A stretch of 43,947 bases of DNA, taken from a virus (taxonomy: Duplodnaviria > Caudoviricetes). The notes beneath the pieces were generated by a model that had not been told where the DNA came from, searched no databases, and saw nothing but the letters and a program-made list of their open reading frames with translations. Position 1 is the first letter of the stretch. Each line of letters begins with the position of its first letter. Positions 16,694 through 26,904 of this stretch are shown here, one piece after another. Location: IMG/VR virus record IMGVR_UViG_3300046739_000203, positions 1 to 43,947 of that record; one strand, given 5' to 3'. Made by a program: the position numbers and the translations under genes.

Positions 16694-18535
16694 ATGCCAT
16701 CCGAGAACGACAAGTTCAATCACGCCCGCATCGAAAACACGGCGCTGCCCTATATTTCCAACGCCTCGATTGTGGAAGCGCGTCCGCACTGGGTTCCGGG
16801 ATCGCATGACACCCTCGCGTCGATTCGCGGATGGACGGAACGCCGACCGGGATTTGCGCTCTACGAAGGCGGCGTCAGCTATGGTAGTTCGAACGCGGTG
16901 CGGTTCTTCTCCTGGCAGCGGTGGGATGGATCGTTCTATGTGATGATGTCGGTCACCGATGTCGGCGCGAACACGTCGAAAGTCTACAAACAGAAAATCG
17001 GAACCGATGCGACCTTCCAGCTACTCTTGACCGACGCCACCACGTCGGAGGCGTTCGACTATGTCGAAGCCAACAATTTCATTTTCTTCGGCAACGGCAA
17101 CCTCATGCGGAAGTACGACGGCACCACCGTCACCAACTGGGGTATCAATCCGCAACCCGCGTCGGTGGCCACGCTGGTCAATACCGCTGCCGGGAATGTT
17201 CCCAATAGTATCGGCCACCGATATATCTACACCTACGGCGTGAGCGGAACCGGATACATGTCCGACGTGTCCGATCCTTCGCTGGTGACCACGCCGGGTG
17301 TCACGCTGCGGCAATGGACGGTGAGTGGTCCGTTCTGCGCCGACACGCAGTGCAATCAGATCCACATCTACCGCACCGAAGACGGTGGATCGGTGTATCT
17401 GGAATTGCCGAATTCTCCAATCGCGAACCCCGGCTCCGGCACCTGGTCGATCATCGACAACGCGGCAGATTCCGCATTGCAGCAGGCATTCCCCGCGCCA
17501 TTCCCTGGTGTGAACGATCCACCGATTCCGATGCTGGGCTTTCGGTTCTTTGCCGGGCGCATCTGGGGATTCAAGGGCGATACAGTGTACTTCTCCACCT
17601 ACGAGGAAAACACCACGTCGGTCGCGGAGGAATGCTTCGGTCAGCCACGCACCAACTCGCGTGCCTTCGGATCGCAGGTGTTCGGCATTGCCAAGACGCC
17701 GGAATTCCTGCTGGTGTTCACCACACGCGGCATCTATCGCATTGGCGGGGACTCGCTCAATACGTTTGCCTACTCGCAGCTGTCGCACAACATGGGTGTC
17801 CGCAACCGCGCCACCATTGCGGAATTCGATGACAAGGTGGCATGGTTTGATATGTCCGACACCATCCAGATCACGGATGGAAACGCCATCGCGAAAGACG
17901 ATCTGTCCCTGGCGATTCGCCCCGATATTGAAAACGTCCCGCATCCTTCCGCGCGCATGGCCGTGTACGCGGTCGGCAAATACAAGTGGCTCATGTTTGC
18001 CGATGGACAGACCAACCGCGTTTGGGTCTACGACTTGTCGTTGAACCAATGGAACCCGGCCTGGACGCAGATCATCAGCGGTATCGGTTCGGTGCAGACG
18101 GCTGCGGGTGTGTTCAAGCTGCTGGCCGGTGTCTTCAACGGAACCAATATCGAAGTCCGCGTGGTGGATCACACGACGTTTGCGGATGCCGGTGTCCCGT
18201 ATGCGCCGGAGTCGCGATTGAATCTGGTACAGGTGAACCGCGACAACCCGACCTCGGTGGGCGTGCTCGAATACGTTGGCGTCGAACGTAACAATGTCGC
18301 GCTGTCGGACGTAGGGATGCTCACCGATGAAGATTTCACGACCGGCATCTATACCAGCATTTTCGCCAACGAAACCGAACCGGCCAACCGCACCAACGGC
18401 GTGAACCTGGTGGAGAAATGGTATTGGGCCAACACGCCGTCGGCACAGCGTGTGTCGGTCAGTCTGAAATGGGCGGCGGTGAATTCGAAGTTCATCCTCT
18501 ACGTGCTCGACGTGATCTCGCGGAAGGTGAACTGA
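16694..18535 (+). CDS. Probable tail nozzle/DNA stabilisation protein (P22 gp10/T7 gp12-like)
   Basis: 613-aa beta-rich protein following the adaptor. Confidence 0.65.
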   Translation: MPSENDKFNHARIENTALPYISNASIVEARPHWVPGSHDTLASIRGWTERRPGFALYEGGVSYGSSNAVRFFSWQRWDGSFYVMMSVTDVGANTSKVYKQKIGTDATFQLLLTDATTSEAFDYVEANNFIFFGNGNLMRKYDGTTVTNWGINPQPASVATLVNTAAGNVPNSIGHRYIYTYGVSGTGYMSDVSDPSLVTTPGVTLRQWTVSGPFCADTQCNQIHIYRTEDGGSVYLELPNSPIANPGSGTWSIIDNAADSALQQAFPAPFPGVNDPPIPMLGFRFFAGRIWGFKGDTVYFSTYEENTTSVAEECFGQPRTNSRAFGSQVFGIAKTPEFLLVFTTRGIYRIGGDSLNTFAYSQLSHNMGVRNRATIAEFDDKVAWFDMSDTIQITDGNAIAKDDLSLAIRPDIENVPHPSARMAVYAVGKYKWLMFADGQTNRVWVYDLSLNQWNPAWTQIISGIGSVQTAAGVFKLLAGVFNGTNIEVRVVDHTTFADAGVPYAPESRLNLVQVNRDNPTSVGVLEYVGVERNNVALSDVGMLTDEDFTTGIYTSIFANETEPANRTNGVNLVEKWYWANTPSAQRVSVSLKWAAVNSKFILYVLDVISRKVN

Positions 18536-20511
18536 TGGACATTTTCGCGCCCGATATCGGATTCGAAAAGAGCAATGCCAGCAGCGTGCTGGTCAATCAA
18601 AACATCCCCGGCACCACCATCGGCTCCACCAACAATTACGTCTACGACGCCAATGGTGTGGCGCGAAATCCGCAGGCGCAGGGTCTGGCCACCAGTCTTG
18701 GCCAGGGCGCGGTGGCCCCATTTCCAGGCGGTGTATCGCTGGGCACATCTGCCGGTGCGCTGGCCAACGGCTGCACCGCTGTCGGATACCATGCGCTGGC
18801 GAAGATATTTTCCGGGACCGCCCTGGGCGACCAGGCGCAATCGCTGGCCTACCGTGGAATTGCCATCGGGCGCTGCGCCGTTGTGACTCCGACCGGATTG
18901 AACGGGATTGCCATCGGATCGCTGTCCAGCGTCTCCGGTGCAAACGGAATCGCGATGGGCAATGGGGCTGTATCGAGCGGGGACAGTTCCATCAGTTTCG
19001 GCAACAAAGTGCAGGCGTCCGGGGCGCAATCGATTTGCATCGGAACCTCCAGCGTGGCCAGCGGATCGCAGGATGTCGTCATCGGATATCTCAATTCCGT
19101 CTCCGGCTTCAATGTGATCGCCATCGGCAACGGCATCCAGACCGCGCAGAACAATTGCGTCCTGTTGGGCAAGGGCGCAATACCGGCTGCTGCGAATAGT
19201 TTCGTTGCCGGTGCGCCGGGACTGTTTCAGCAGGGGCCGATTCTCGATGTGTTTTTTGGTCAGGGTCCGCGAGTGTTTCTGGCCGGTGGGACCGTGATGG
19301 GTTCCTACACCATCCATGGCGAGGAGGCCGGTGGTGGCGCGACGGGTGGCGCGAATACAAATCTGAATCGTGCCGGTGGAAACCTCAATCTCGCAGGTGG
19401 CCGTAGCACGGGATCTGGCGTCGGCGGCAGCGTCAACATTCAGGTGTGCGGTTCGTTCGGCAGCAATGAAACGCTGAACTCGCTGGCTACTGCGCTGTCG
19501 ATTGCTCCGGGTCCAATGATTACGGCATCGTCACCCGTGACGATCAACGGGCCACTCACCATCAACAGCGGCGTCAGCCAATGCCTCACCATCAGCGCCC
19601 CTGCGGGAGTCGGCAAGCAGATTTTCTTCGATACGGCCAGTTCTCCCCGTTGGATCATCGGAGTGGATGCGCTTGCGGAAAGCGGCGGCAACGCTGGGTC
19701 CAATTTTGGTCTGTATGCCTTTGGTGATACCGGAGCATTCATCGATAACCCGATCTTCGTTACCCGTGCTGCCGGTGGATCGATCACGATCAGCCGTCCC
19801 ACAACCGTCAATGGCAGTCTGGGCGTCAGCAATGGAAACATCAGCATCACAGGCACCGGCAGCGTTGACGCCCTCTTCATTTTGAATGCTGGCCCCAGTC
19901 ACTTCCGCTATATCAGCGCGAGGACCACCAATGCGGTTCGGTGGGATATGGTGCTGGCGAATTCGGACCCGGAGACGGGCGGCAATGCCGGATCGAACTT
20001 CGACCTGCGTTCGCGTGATGACAGCGGCACCCAGATTGATGTTCCGCTTTTCATCGCCCGTGCTGCTGGTGGACACATTGCGTTGAACCGGCCCGTGGAC
20101 ATCACCGGCAACCTCACGGTCACCGGCACCGTCACTGGGACCAATATCGGCGCAACGTCCGGCGCATATACTCCCGCCTTTGCTGATGCAGGCAACTCCA
20201 CTTTTGCAGCCGCGCTGGTTCCATTCAAATGGACGCGGATTGGCAATGTTGTCCATGTTGCCGGTGCGATCAATTTCACGGCGACGGTTGCGGGGGCGGC
20301 CATTTCGTTTTACGTGACGTTGCCGATTGCCAGCAACCTCCTCAATCAAGGAGATCTGGCGGGGCAGATTGGATTTCAGGTTGCCGGTGGTGGTGGCAAT
20401 CAGAGCGGTGGCGTGTTTGCGGACCCTCCCAGTGATCGAGCGCGATGCAATGGGTTTTGCAATACGGGATCTGACATCATCGCGATTTCTTTTGATTACA
20501 TCGTGCAGTAG
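18535..20511 (+). CDS. Tail fibre/receptor-binding protein with YadA-head-like repeats and an internal duplication
   Basis: TGATG-coupled ATG 18535; about 14-aa AIAIG..A repeats; duplicated RW...E.GGNAGSNF...RAAGG unit; Gly-rich. Confidence 0.8.
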   Translation: MDIFAPDIGFEKSNASSVLVNQNIPGTTIGSTNNYVYDANGVARNPQAQGLATSLGQGAVAPFPGGVSLGTSAGALANGCTAVGYHALAKIFSGTALGDQAQSLAYRGIAIGRCAVVTPTGLNGIAIGSLSSVSGANGIAMGNGAVSSGDSSISFGNKVQASGAQSICIGTSSVASGSQDVVIGYLNSVSGFNVIAIGNGIQTAQNNCVLLGKGAIPAAANSFVAGAPGLFQQGPILDVFFGQGPRVFLAGGTVMGSYTIHGEEAGGGATGGANTNLNRAGGNLNLAGGRSTGSGVGGSVNIQVCGSFGSNETLNSLATALSIAPGPMITASSPVTINGPLTINSGVSQCLTISAPAGVGKQIFFDTASSPRWIIGVDALAESGGNAGSNFGLYAFGDTGAFIDNPIFVTRAAGGSITISRPTTVNGSLGVSNGNISITGTGSVDALFILNAGPSHFRYISARTTNAVRWDMVLANSDPETGGNAGSNFDLRSRDDSGTQIDVPLFIARAAGGHIALNRPVDITGNLTVTGTVTGTNIGATSGAYTPAFADAGNSTFAAALVPFKWTRIGNVVHVAGAINFTATVAGAAISFYVTLPIASNLLNQGDLAGQIGFQVAGGGGNQSGGVFADPPSDRARCNGFCNTGSDIIAISFDYIVQ

Positions 20512-20531
20512 TTTTGGAGGAGTTTGTGGAA

Positions 20532-20747
20532 ATGAAAATGTCCGACTACGATTTCGAATTGTTTTTGCTCGTGTACGCGGCCTTCAAAAAGGCCGATGCG
20601 ATGGTGATGGAGTTTCTCAATCGCACCGCGACCGCAGCCGGGATTGATCCCAAGACGCATCGGTTCAACATCGAGATGCGATGCTTTGAGCCGATACCGT
20701 GTGGCGATTCGCTTTTCATCGGCGAGAGTGGCGAGCGCCATACGTAG
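20532..20747 (+). CDS. Small protein after the fibre gene (possible chaperone)
   Basis: GGAGGAG SD; ORF track 20514..20747. Confidence 0.55.
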   Translation: MKMSDYDFELFLLVYAAFKKADAMVMEFLNRTATAAGIDPKTHRFNIEMRCFEPIPCGDSLFIGESGERHT

Positions 20748-20854
20748 AGAGGCACCGCCAGCGCCAACAACGGTCGAATAGTTTTGGCTCGATTCGTGTT
20801 ATAAACCGAAGCACAGATCCGACGTAGCTACCGTCGTCGATTCGCGAGGTAGCT

Positions 20855-22234
20855 ATGTCCGCACAAGACGATCTACAGGCCCTGCAAGGACAACTCGGAA
20901 GCCGCGCCGGAATGCTCGACCCCGGCCTGGCCGATCTCAGCGGCATGTTTGGCGGTGCTGCGGATTCCTACCAGAAATTCCTCGACAATCAAAACACGGC
21001 AACGGGCCTGTCGCCCGAGGCGCTATCGGCGCTGCGCACGCAGGGCACATCCGGCATCAACGACCAATACCAATCTGCGGCGCAATCGATCAACTCGCAG
21101 TTGCTCCGTCGCGGCGCTGCCGGTGGTGGCGAACTACCAGGCTCTGGCGGCGATATCTCGCGCGCGTACCAGCCGCTGTATTCCGCAATGGAGGCCGCGA
21201 AAACGAAAGCGCAGACCGACACGATCATGGCCGACGAAGCCGCGAAGGAAAAATCGCTCTACCAGAACCAGCAACTGGCGATGCAGGCCGCTGGCAATGT
21301 TTTCGGCAACGCAAACACACTCTACAATTCCGGCAACAATGCCATCCTCGGCGCTGCGGGCATCGCGGACAAGGCGGCGGAACTCGAAGGCCCCAGCTGG
21401 CTGAAGCTGCTGGGCACTGCGGGAATATCCGGCCTGTTGAATCCCAGTTCTTCTGGCGGTGGCCTGGGCGGATTGATCTCCGGTGGCGGCACCAATGGCA
21501 GCGGCAAGTTCGGCGTACTCGGTGATTTGCTCGGCGGAATTTTCGGTGGTGGCAACAGCACGCACGGTACGGATGCGCAGGCATTGGGTAATGTTGATTG
21601 GGGCGCGAACGACAACTCCGCGCTGGGCAAGGTGGCCGGTCTTGGCGAAGCAGGGCTGGCCGACGCATTCAAGCAACTTCCAGCGGCAGGTGGTGCCGTT
21701 GCCAATGCAGCGGGCAGTGCTGGTGGTGCGCTGGGCAATGCGCTGGGAACAGTCGGCGCGGGACTCGGCACCGCAGCAAGCGCGGTGGGTTCTGGAATCG
21801 CCTCTGCGGCGGGTGCGGTCGGTTCCGGCCTGAGTTCTCTAGCCTCGGCGGCGGTTCCGCTTCTGACCAACCCGATCACGGCGATTGCCGGTGCGGCGAT
21901 CCTCGGTGCAGTGGCCTGGACGAAATCGCAGGCGCATTGGGAAGCCAATACCTGGACGAAGGGTTTCCAGGCACCGTTCGACAATCACATGCAGGATGCC
22001 GTCAACCAGGTGCAGCAGCTGAAGGCGTCGGGCCAGTACACCCCCGAGGTGGCCCAGCAGATGCAATCCAGCGCGAAGGACGCCATCGATGGATACCTCC
22101 AGAAACTGGACACATTCTATCGCGAGAAGGGCACCAACAGCGACCAGGCGAAGGTCGCCTCCCAGGCATGGGCGACGTTCCAGAAATACTACGGTCCAGG
22201 CGGGCAGGGATACCTGGACCAACTGGCGGCATAG
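20855..22234 (+). CDS. Probable DNA ejection/internal virion protein 1 (Gly/Ala-rich)
   Basis: Position after tail genes; Q/A-rich helices, long G/A-rich hydrophobic tract. Confidence 0.6.
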   Translation: MSAQDDLQALQGQLGSRAGMLDPGLADLSGMFGGAADSYQKFLDNQNTATGLSPEALSALRTQGTSGINDQYQSAAQSINSQLLRRGAAGGGELPGSGGDISRAYQPLYSAMEAAKTKAQTDTIMADEAAKEKSLYQNQQLAMQAAGNVFGNANTLYNSGNNAILGAAGIADKAAELEGPSWLKLLGTAGISGLLNPSSSGGGLGGLISGGGTNGSGKFGVLGDLLGGIFGGGNSTHGTDAQALGNVDWGANDNSALGKVAGLGEAGLADAFKQLPAAGGAVANAAGSAGGALGNALGTVGAGLGTAASAVGSGIASAAGAVGSGLSSLASAAVPLLTNPITAIAGAAILGAVAWTKSQAHWEANTWTKGFQAPFDNHMQDAVNQVQQLKASGQYTPEVAQQMQSSAKDAIDGYLQKLDTFYREKGTNSDQAKVASQAWATFQKYYGPGGQGYLDQLAA

Positions 22235-23689
22235 ATGGACCAACTCGATACACTCATACAGCAACTCGGGCAGCAGCGCGCGGGCATCCAGTCTCCGGCG
22301 ATTTCACCCATTGCGTCGTTGGACTTCGGTGCCAACGGTCCACCACCGGACCCGGTGCCGCTGCCGCCCGAGGATTTCATTGTCTCCCCGGACCCGAACA
22401 ATCCACGCACGCCCGACCAGCGCATGGAAGGGTTTCGGCGAATGCTCACGAACTTCACATTCGACCTGGGAAGTGGACTGTCCGCAGCCAGCGCCAATCC
22501 TCGCGGTCGCACGCTACGCACCGAGGCGGGCATGGGCGCGATTTTGCAGATGCCGAAAAACCTGCAAGACCAGCAGCAGGCATTCCAGGAGCGCCAGGCG
22601 GCGGCGAAGCTGGCAAAGCAGAAGGCTGTCATCGACGCGATCCAAACAAAACAGCGGGGCGATTTCCAGGATGAGCAGGTTCGGCAAACCGAGGAACTGC
22701 GCCGGATTCAACAGCAAACCGCCGATCAAATCAAAGCCAAAAACGAATCCGATGCTGCTGCGAAAACCGCCGCAGAGGCGGGCAAGGCGGCAGACGCTCG
22801 CACGAAACTGTTCACCGAAGGCGCAAAGATTGGGCAGGTTCCGGAGTTTGACGATGGCGGGACCTTCACCAACTTTCGCAAGATGAATCCCGACGAGCTA
22901 TCGGCGGTCCAGCAGAGCGTGGTTGACAGAAACCAGTCCGTGGCGGATGTGAACAAGGAACGTATTCGTGTGGGCGGTCTTGCGAAAACCGAAGCGCCCC
23001 AACTCCAGATTTACAACGCCTACCGGGACCAGATGACAGCAGCTGGGAAACCGCCGCTGATGCTGGACGAGTGGTTGTCGAAGGTTGCGAACATGAAGGA
23101 AACGCAACCCCGCACGCGCGTCATCACCACGGTCGATGAGGACGGAAACCCCATCACCAAGATCGTGGGCGATACGGTCGGGGGGACGTGGTTGAAGCCT
23201 CCCCCGATGGCCGAACAGAATCGCATCGGCCAGGCCAAGCGCGTGCAACTCCAGATTGACGACGCGCTGGAATTGATCGACAAGCATCCGGAGAACATCG
23301 GCCCGATCAACGGACGCATCGAGGACAGCGCGCTGAAAGTCGGAAGCGTCGATCCGAAGTATTCGCAACTGGTCACCAACCTGGGGTCGATTGTTGCCAT
23401 GATGCCGATCCTGCACGGGTTCCGTGGTGGATCGCAGGCGATGGATCACTTCAATACCATTGTCGGCGACCCGCACCTGTCTCCGGCAGCGTTGAAGGCA
23501 TCGCTCAATACCATCAAGCGGCTGGCCCTGGAAATTGAAACCGGCAAGGGCGTCCCCGTCGATGACAACGGCGAACCGATCACCGCCTCCGCGACGGCGA
23601 AACCACCCGCAGCAACGCTGCCGGGTGGAGTCACCCTGGACGATATCGCGAAAGAAAAAGCGCGGCGGCAGGCCGCAGGGAAACAATGA
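22235..23689 (+). CDS. Probable DNA ejection/internal virion protein 2
   Basis: Helical Q/A/K-rich protein in the ejectosome position. Confidence 0.55.
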   Translation: MDQLDTLIQQLGQQRAGIQSPAISPIASLDFGANGPPPDPVPLPPEDFIVSPDPNNPRTPDQRMEGFRRMLTNFTFDLGSGLSAASANPRGRTLRTEAGMGAILQMPKNLQDQQQAFQERQAAAKLAKQKAVIDAIQTKQRGDFQDEQVRQTEELRRIQQQTADQIKAKNESDAAAKTAAEAGKAADARTKLFTEGAKIGQVPEFDDGGTFTNFRKMNPDELSAVQQSVVDRNQSVADVNKERIRVGGLAKTEAPQLQIYNAYRDQMTAAGKPPLMLDEWLSKVANMKETQPRTRVITTVDEDGNPITKIVGDTVGGTWLKPPPMAEQNRIGQAKRVQLQIDDALELIDKHPENIGPINGRIEDSALKVGSVDPKYSQLVTNLGSIVAMMPILHGFRGGSQAMDHFNTIVGDPHLSPAALKASLNTIKRLALEIETGKGVPVDDNGEPITASATAKPPAATLPGGVTLDDIAKEKARRQAAGKQ

Positions 23690-25803
23690 TGCCGCAAGGG
23701 AATTCGGATCTCTCCACGCTTTCCGACGAAGACCTTCAGATATACGAGGATTTGCTGAAATCCAGGCAGGCCGGTGCGCAACCATCCTCCAAGCCCGACA
23801 TCGAGGCCGGTATCGGCGGGCCGAAGCTGAAACCGCCCAAAGGCTACCAGACAGCGGACTACATCCAGGGCGCGCGCGGATTCGTGAAGAACCCGTTCCG
23901 GCCCAATGCGAAAACCACCGGCACCGTCACCGTTCGAATCGGTGACAAAGAACAGCAGATGACCATCGGCGACAATGTGCCCGCAGCCGCCGTGCCCGCG
24001 ATGATCCAGAAAAATGTCGATTACCAGTCGAGCGCGTTGAACCCGGAGAACATCGGTAATGCCGTTGCGAATTTCGGCAGGGCGATGAACCCGGTCCCGG
24101 CTCTGGTGCGTGGATGGCAGGACCCGATTGGCATGGGTGGGGATATCTTGAAAGCGCAGGGCGCGGAACTGGGCAAGGCGAGGGACGCATTCAACCAGGG
24201 CGAATATGGGCGCGCGATTGGTCATGGCCTCGGGTATGCGTTGCCGGTCATTGGACCCGCCGCCGCGAACGCGGGAGAACAGATCCGATCTGGCGATGTG
24301 TCTGGCGGTCTGGGGAATGCCGCCGCGATGGTGCTGCCGGAAGCTGCATCGATGGCGCTGAAGAATCGCAGTATCCCCGTCGTTCCGAAGATGCTCACGA
24401 AGAATCCGGCAGAAGCCTCGGCGGTTCGGTTCGGAATGCGCGAGGGCCTGCCGGTGGATGCCGCGACCGCAACGGGCAATCCTGCGGTGCGCGGTGGCCA
24501 ATGGCTCGCGGATAATTCCATCGGCGGTAGCATCATGCGGCATTCGGCAAAGCAGGCCGAGGCGGGACAGTTCGCCAGCAAACTGGATGAACTCGCCAAC
24601 CAGCCCGGCTACACCGCACTGACCCCGAACACGCCCGAGCAGGCTGGTGCGGCGGTGAGGGGTGCGATGGAGTCCAAGATTGCGCAGCAGCACGGGATTG
24701 CCAACACGGCATACAACGACTTGCGGGCGATTGAAAACGATCCGAAAAATATCGTCCGCATCCAGACCGGAACCCAGCCCGCGCCGCCACAATCGCTGCA
24801 TGGAATGTTGACCGGCCAGCAGCCCGCCCCGGTGCCGGTCTACGAGGACATCGCGCTGCCGGTGGATACCACCGCTGTCAAGTCCGCGCTTGCTCCGATC
24901 CTGGAGGAGATGAAGCGCACGATGCCAGAAGCGCAGCGCCAGGCATCCCCAGGATTGCAGGCACTGTCGAACATCGTGAACGGGCCGGATTTTGTATCGG
25001 CGTCGGTCGCGGATCGAAATCTGTCGGCGCTGAAAGGCATCGAGCGCGGTGCCGACTCCAAGTACTTGCGCAACGTCAGCCAGGGACTCGCCGCAAAGAC
25101 CGTCAGCGAATTGAGCGATGCCGTCGATGCCGCCGTGGCTCGCGGCGGACCAAAGGCGACGGGTGCGCTGCAACGGGGCCGCGCGGCCACGAAACTGAAA
25201 TACGACGTTGCTGGCGTGCTGGACAATGTGCGCGAGGAGCCGGTCCAGGCATTCAACCAGATGGTGTATTCCAAGGATGCCGGTATCAATCAGCTGCGCG
25301 ATGTCGCGACACATGCACCATCGAAGATGCCCGAGGTCGGCCAGGCATTCTTGAACGATATGTTCGACGCATCCACCAGCGATGGCGGGTTTGAGCGCGC
25401 GGCGGCGAACTGGTCGAAGTGGGAAAAACTGGGACCGGAAACCAAGAAGGTCCTGTTCAAAGATCCGCAGTACATCCAAGACCTGAACGACTTTTTCCTG
25501 CTCGCGAAAAAGCGTGCAGGCAACCCCAACCCCAGCGGCACGGCGTTGGTCGGACAAACCGGCGTGATGGCCGGTGCGGCGATCTCGCATCCGATTGCGG
25601 TGGGGACTTCGATCATGTCGCTCGCGACGATGTCGAAGATTCTGCATTCTCCGCGCGCGGTCAGTCTGATGGTGGATGGATTGAAGGTGTCGGGCAAGGT
25701 GCCGGTCGCAGCGATCACGGCGGCGAACCTGGGCGGCATTCTCGATAGCAACACCAAGGCGCTCGATGTTCCGCCGACTGTACCGCGTGCAGTGAAGAAG
25801 TAG
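23686..25803 (+). CDS. Probable DNA ejection/internal virion protein 3
   Basis: 705-aa Ala-rich protein; NPNPSGTA motif near the C-terminus; last large virion gene. Confidence 0.6.
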   Translation: MMPQGNSDLSTLSDEDLQIYEDLLKSRQAGAQPSSKPDIEAGIGGPKLKPPKGYQTADYIQGARGFVKNPFRPNAKTTGTVTVRIGDKEQQMTIGDNVPAAAVPAMIQKNVDYQSSALNPENIGNAVANFGRAMNPVPALVRGWQDPIGMGGDILKAQGAELGKARDAFNQGEYGRAIGHGLGYALPVIGPAAANAGEQIRSGDVSGGLGNAAAMVLPEAASMALKNRSIPVVPKMLTKNPAEASAVRFGMREGLPVDAATATGNPAVRGGQWLADNSIGGSIMRHSAKQAEAGQFASKLDELANQPGYTALTPNTPEQAGAAVRGAMESKIAQQHGIANTAYNDLRAIENDPKNIVRIQTGTQPAPPQSLHGMLTGQQPAPVPVYEDIALPVDTTAVKSALAPILEEMKRTMPEAQRQASPGLQALSNIVNGPDFVSASVADRNLSALKGIERGADSKYLRNVSQGLAAKTVSELSDAVDAAVARGGPKATGALQRGRAATKLKYDVAGVLDNVREEPVQAFNQMVYSKDAGINQLRDVATHAPSKMPEVGQAFLNDMFDASTSDGGFERAAANWSKWEKLGPETKKVLFKDPQYIQDLNDFFLLAKKRAGNPNPSGTALVGQTGVMAGAAISHPIAVGTSIMSLATMSKILHSPRAVSLMVDGLKVSGKVPVAAITAANLGGILDSNTKALDVPPTVPRAVKK

Positions 25804-25805
25804 CC

Positions 25806-26057
25806 ATGCTCGAAGTTCTACACCACCCCTATATCTACATCTGGTTCGCGGTCGTGGTGGTGTTGCGCAATATCGGTGGTGCATTTCCGGAACCCGATCC
25901 GGAATTGAAGCGAGGGTTCGGTAGCGGAAGCCCCGGCTACCGTTTCGTGCACAGAATTGCAAACGGGATGACGATGGATTTGAAAAGTGTGGGCCTCGAT
26001 CCCCGCCAGGTAGGATTGAGGCTGAAGCCGAGACCCACTTCCCAGGATGGGAACTAG
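25806..26057 (+). CDS. Small membrane protein (holin candidate)
   Basis: N-terminal hydrophobic stretch; end of the late operon. Confidence 0.5.
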   Translation: MLEVLHHPYIYIWFAVVVVLRNIGGAFPEPDPELKRGFGSGSPGYRFVHRIANGMTMDLKSVGLDPRQVGLRLKPRPTSQDGN

Positions 26058-26893
26058 AGTGTCTTGCTGACCGATATCTTGGGGCGCACGATGACGTAGG
26101 TGAACGCTTCACCACCACCGCCGTGCTTGCCCTTGCCGAACCGTTTCACGCGACCAGCGCGGAGCATCACACGTAGCAAACGGCCAACCTGATTGCGCAG
26201 CGTATCGCCTTTCCCCCACTTGAAATCAAAACCCGCCTCTTCAATCGCCATGCGCTGCATCTCGGCCACCGGCATTGGAGAGGTCTGCTTCGCAAGTGTC
26301 GCGACCAGGAAATTGCGCAATCTATCGGTACGTCCATTGTGTCCAGCCGCATTGGGAACGGCTTCGTCGTTCTTCTTGGTCGGCTGGTGAATCACCGAAC
26401 TGTCGCCGGTCTTGTAATACATGCGGCGGGAAGTTTTCCCGGTCCTCGCTAGTGTTGTGGCGATTCGCTTTTCATCAGCGAGCGGAGTCAGTGCCAGCCT
26501 CACGGCGGTAACTGCGCTTTGTCTTGTCATCGTGGAGGGCAGCACTCCGTTTGCGATGAGTAGGGATGCGAGGGAAATCGAGTTGATACCCTCATCACCG
26601 GCCTTGTCGATTGCGATGAGTGCCGCCTCGCGAATCTGGTTTTTGTCGGAGTGCTTCGAGTGTTTCTTTCGGTGTGGGCCAGGAAGTCGCATACGGTCCA
26701 GGCCGTTTCCATTGCCGTTGGATTCGGAATGCACCTTGCCCTTGATCGTCGTTGCGGCCTGGGAGTGCAGCACCCTGGCCATCGCTTCGATGTCATCGCA
26801 CTTCTGGAGCGCATTGCGAAGTGCTTCAATCATTTCTCGGAGTGCGTCAGCACGCATTCCGTCCAGGTTTAGGTCCAGTTCTGTTGGTCTCAT
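26054..26893 (-). CDS. Basic protein with two possible winged-helix segments (regulator candidate)
   Basis: AAAGGA SD; segments such as PMPVAEMQRMA...VGRLLRVMLRAGRVKR resemble wHTH. Confidence 0.6.
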   Translation of the reverse strand: MRPTELDLNLDGMRADALREMIEALRNALQKCDDIEAMARVLHSQAATTIKGKVHSESNGNGNGLDRMRLPGPHRKKHSKHSDKNQIREAALIAIDKAGDEGINSISLASLLIANGVLPSTMTRQSAVTAVRLALTPLADEKRIATTLARTGKTSRRMYYKTGDSSVIHQPTKKNDEAVPNAAGHNGRTDRLRNFLVATLAKQTSPMPVAEMQRMAIEEAGFDFKWGKGDTLRNQVGRLLRVMLRAGRVKRFGKGKHGGGGEAFTYVIVRPKISVSKTL

Positions 26894-26904
26894 GTGTTTC
26901 CTTT

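Noticed and set aside
19640-20120. Diversity-generating retroelement TR/VR pair in the fibre gene
   Set aside because: The two copies are in-frame protein repeats diverged at all base types, and no reverse transcriptase is present in the window.
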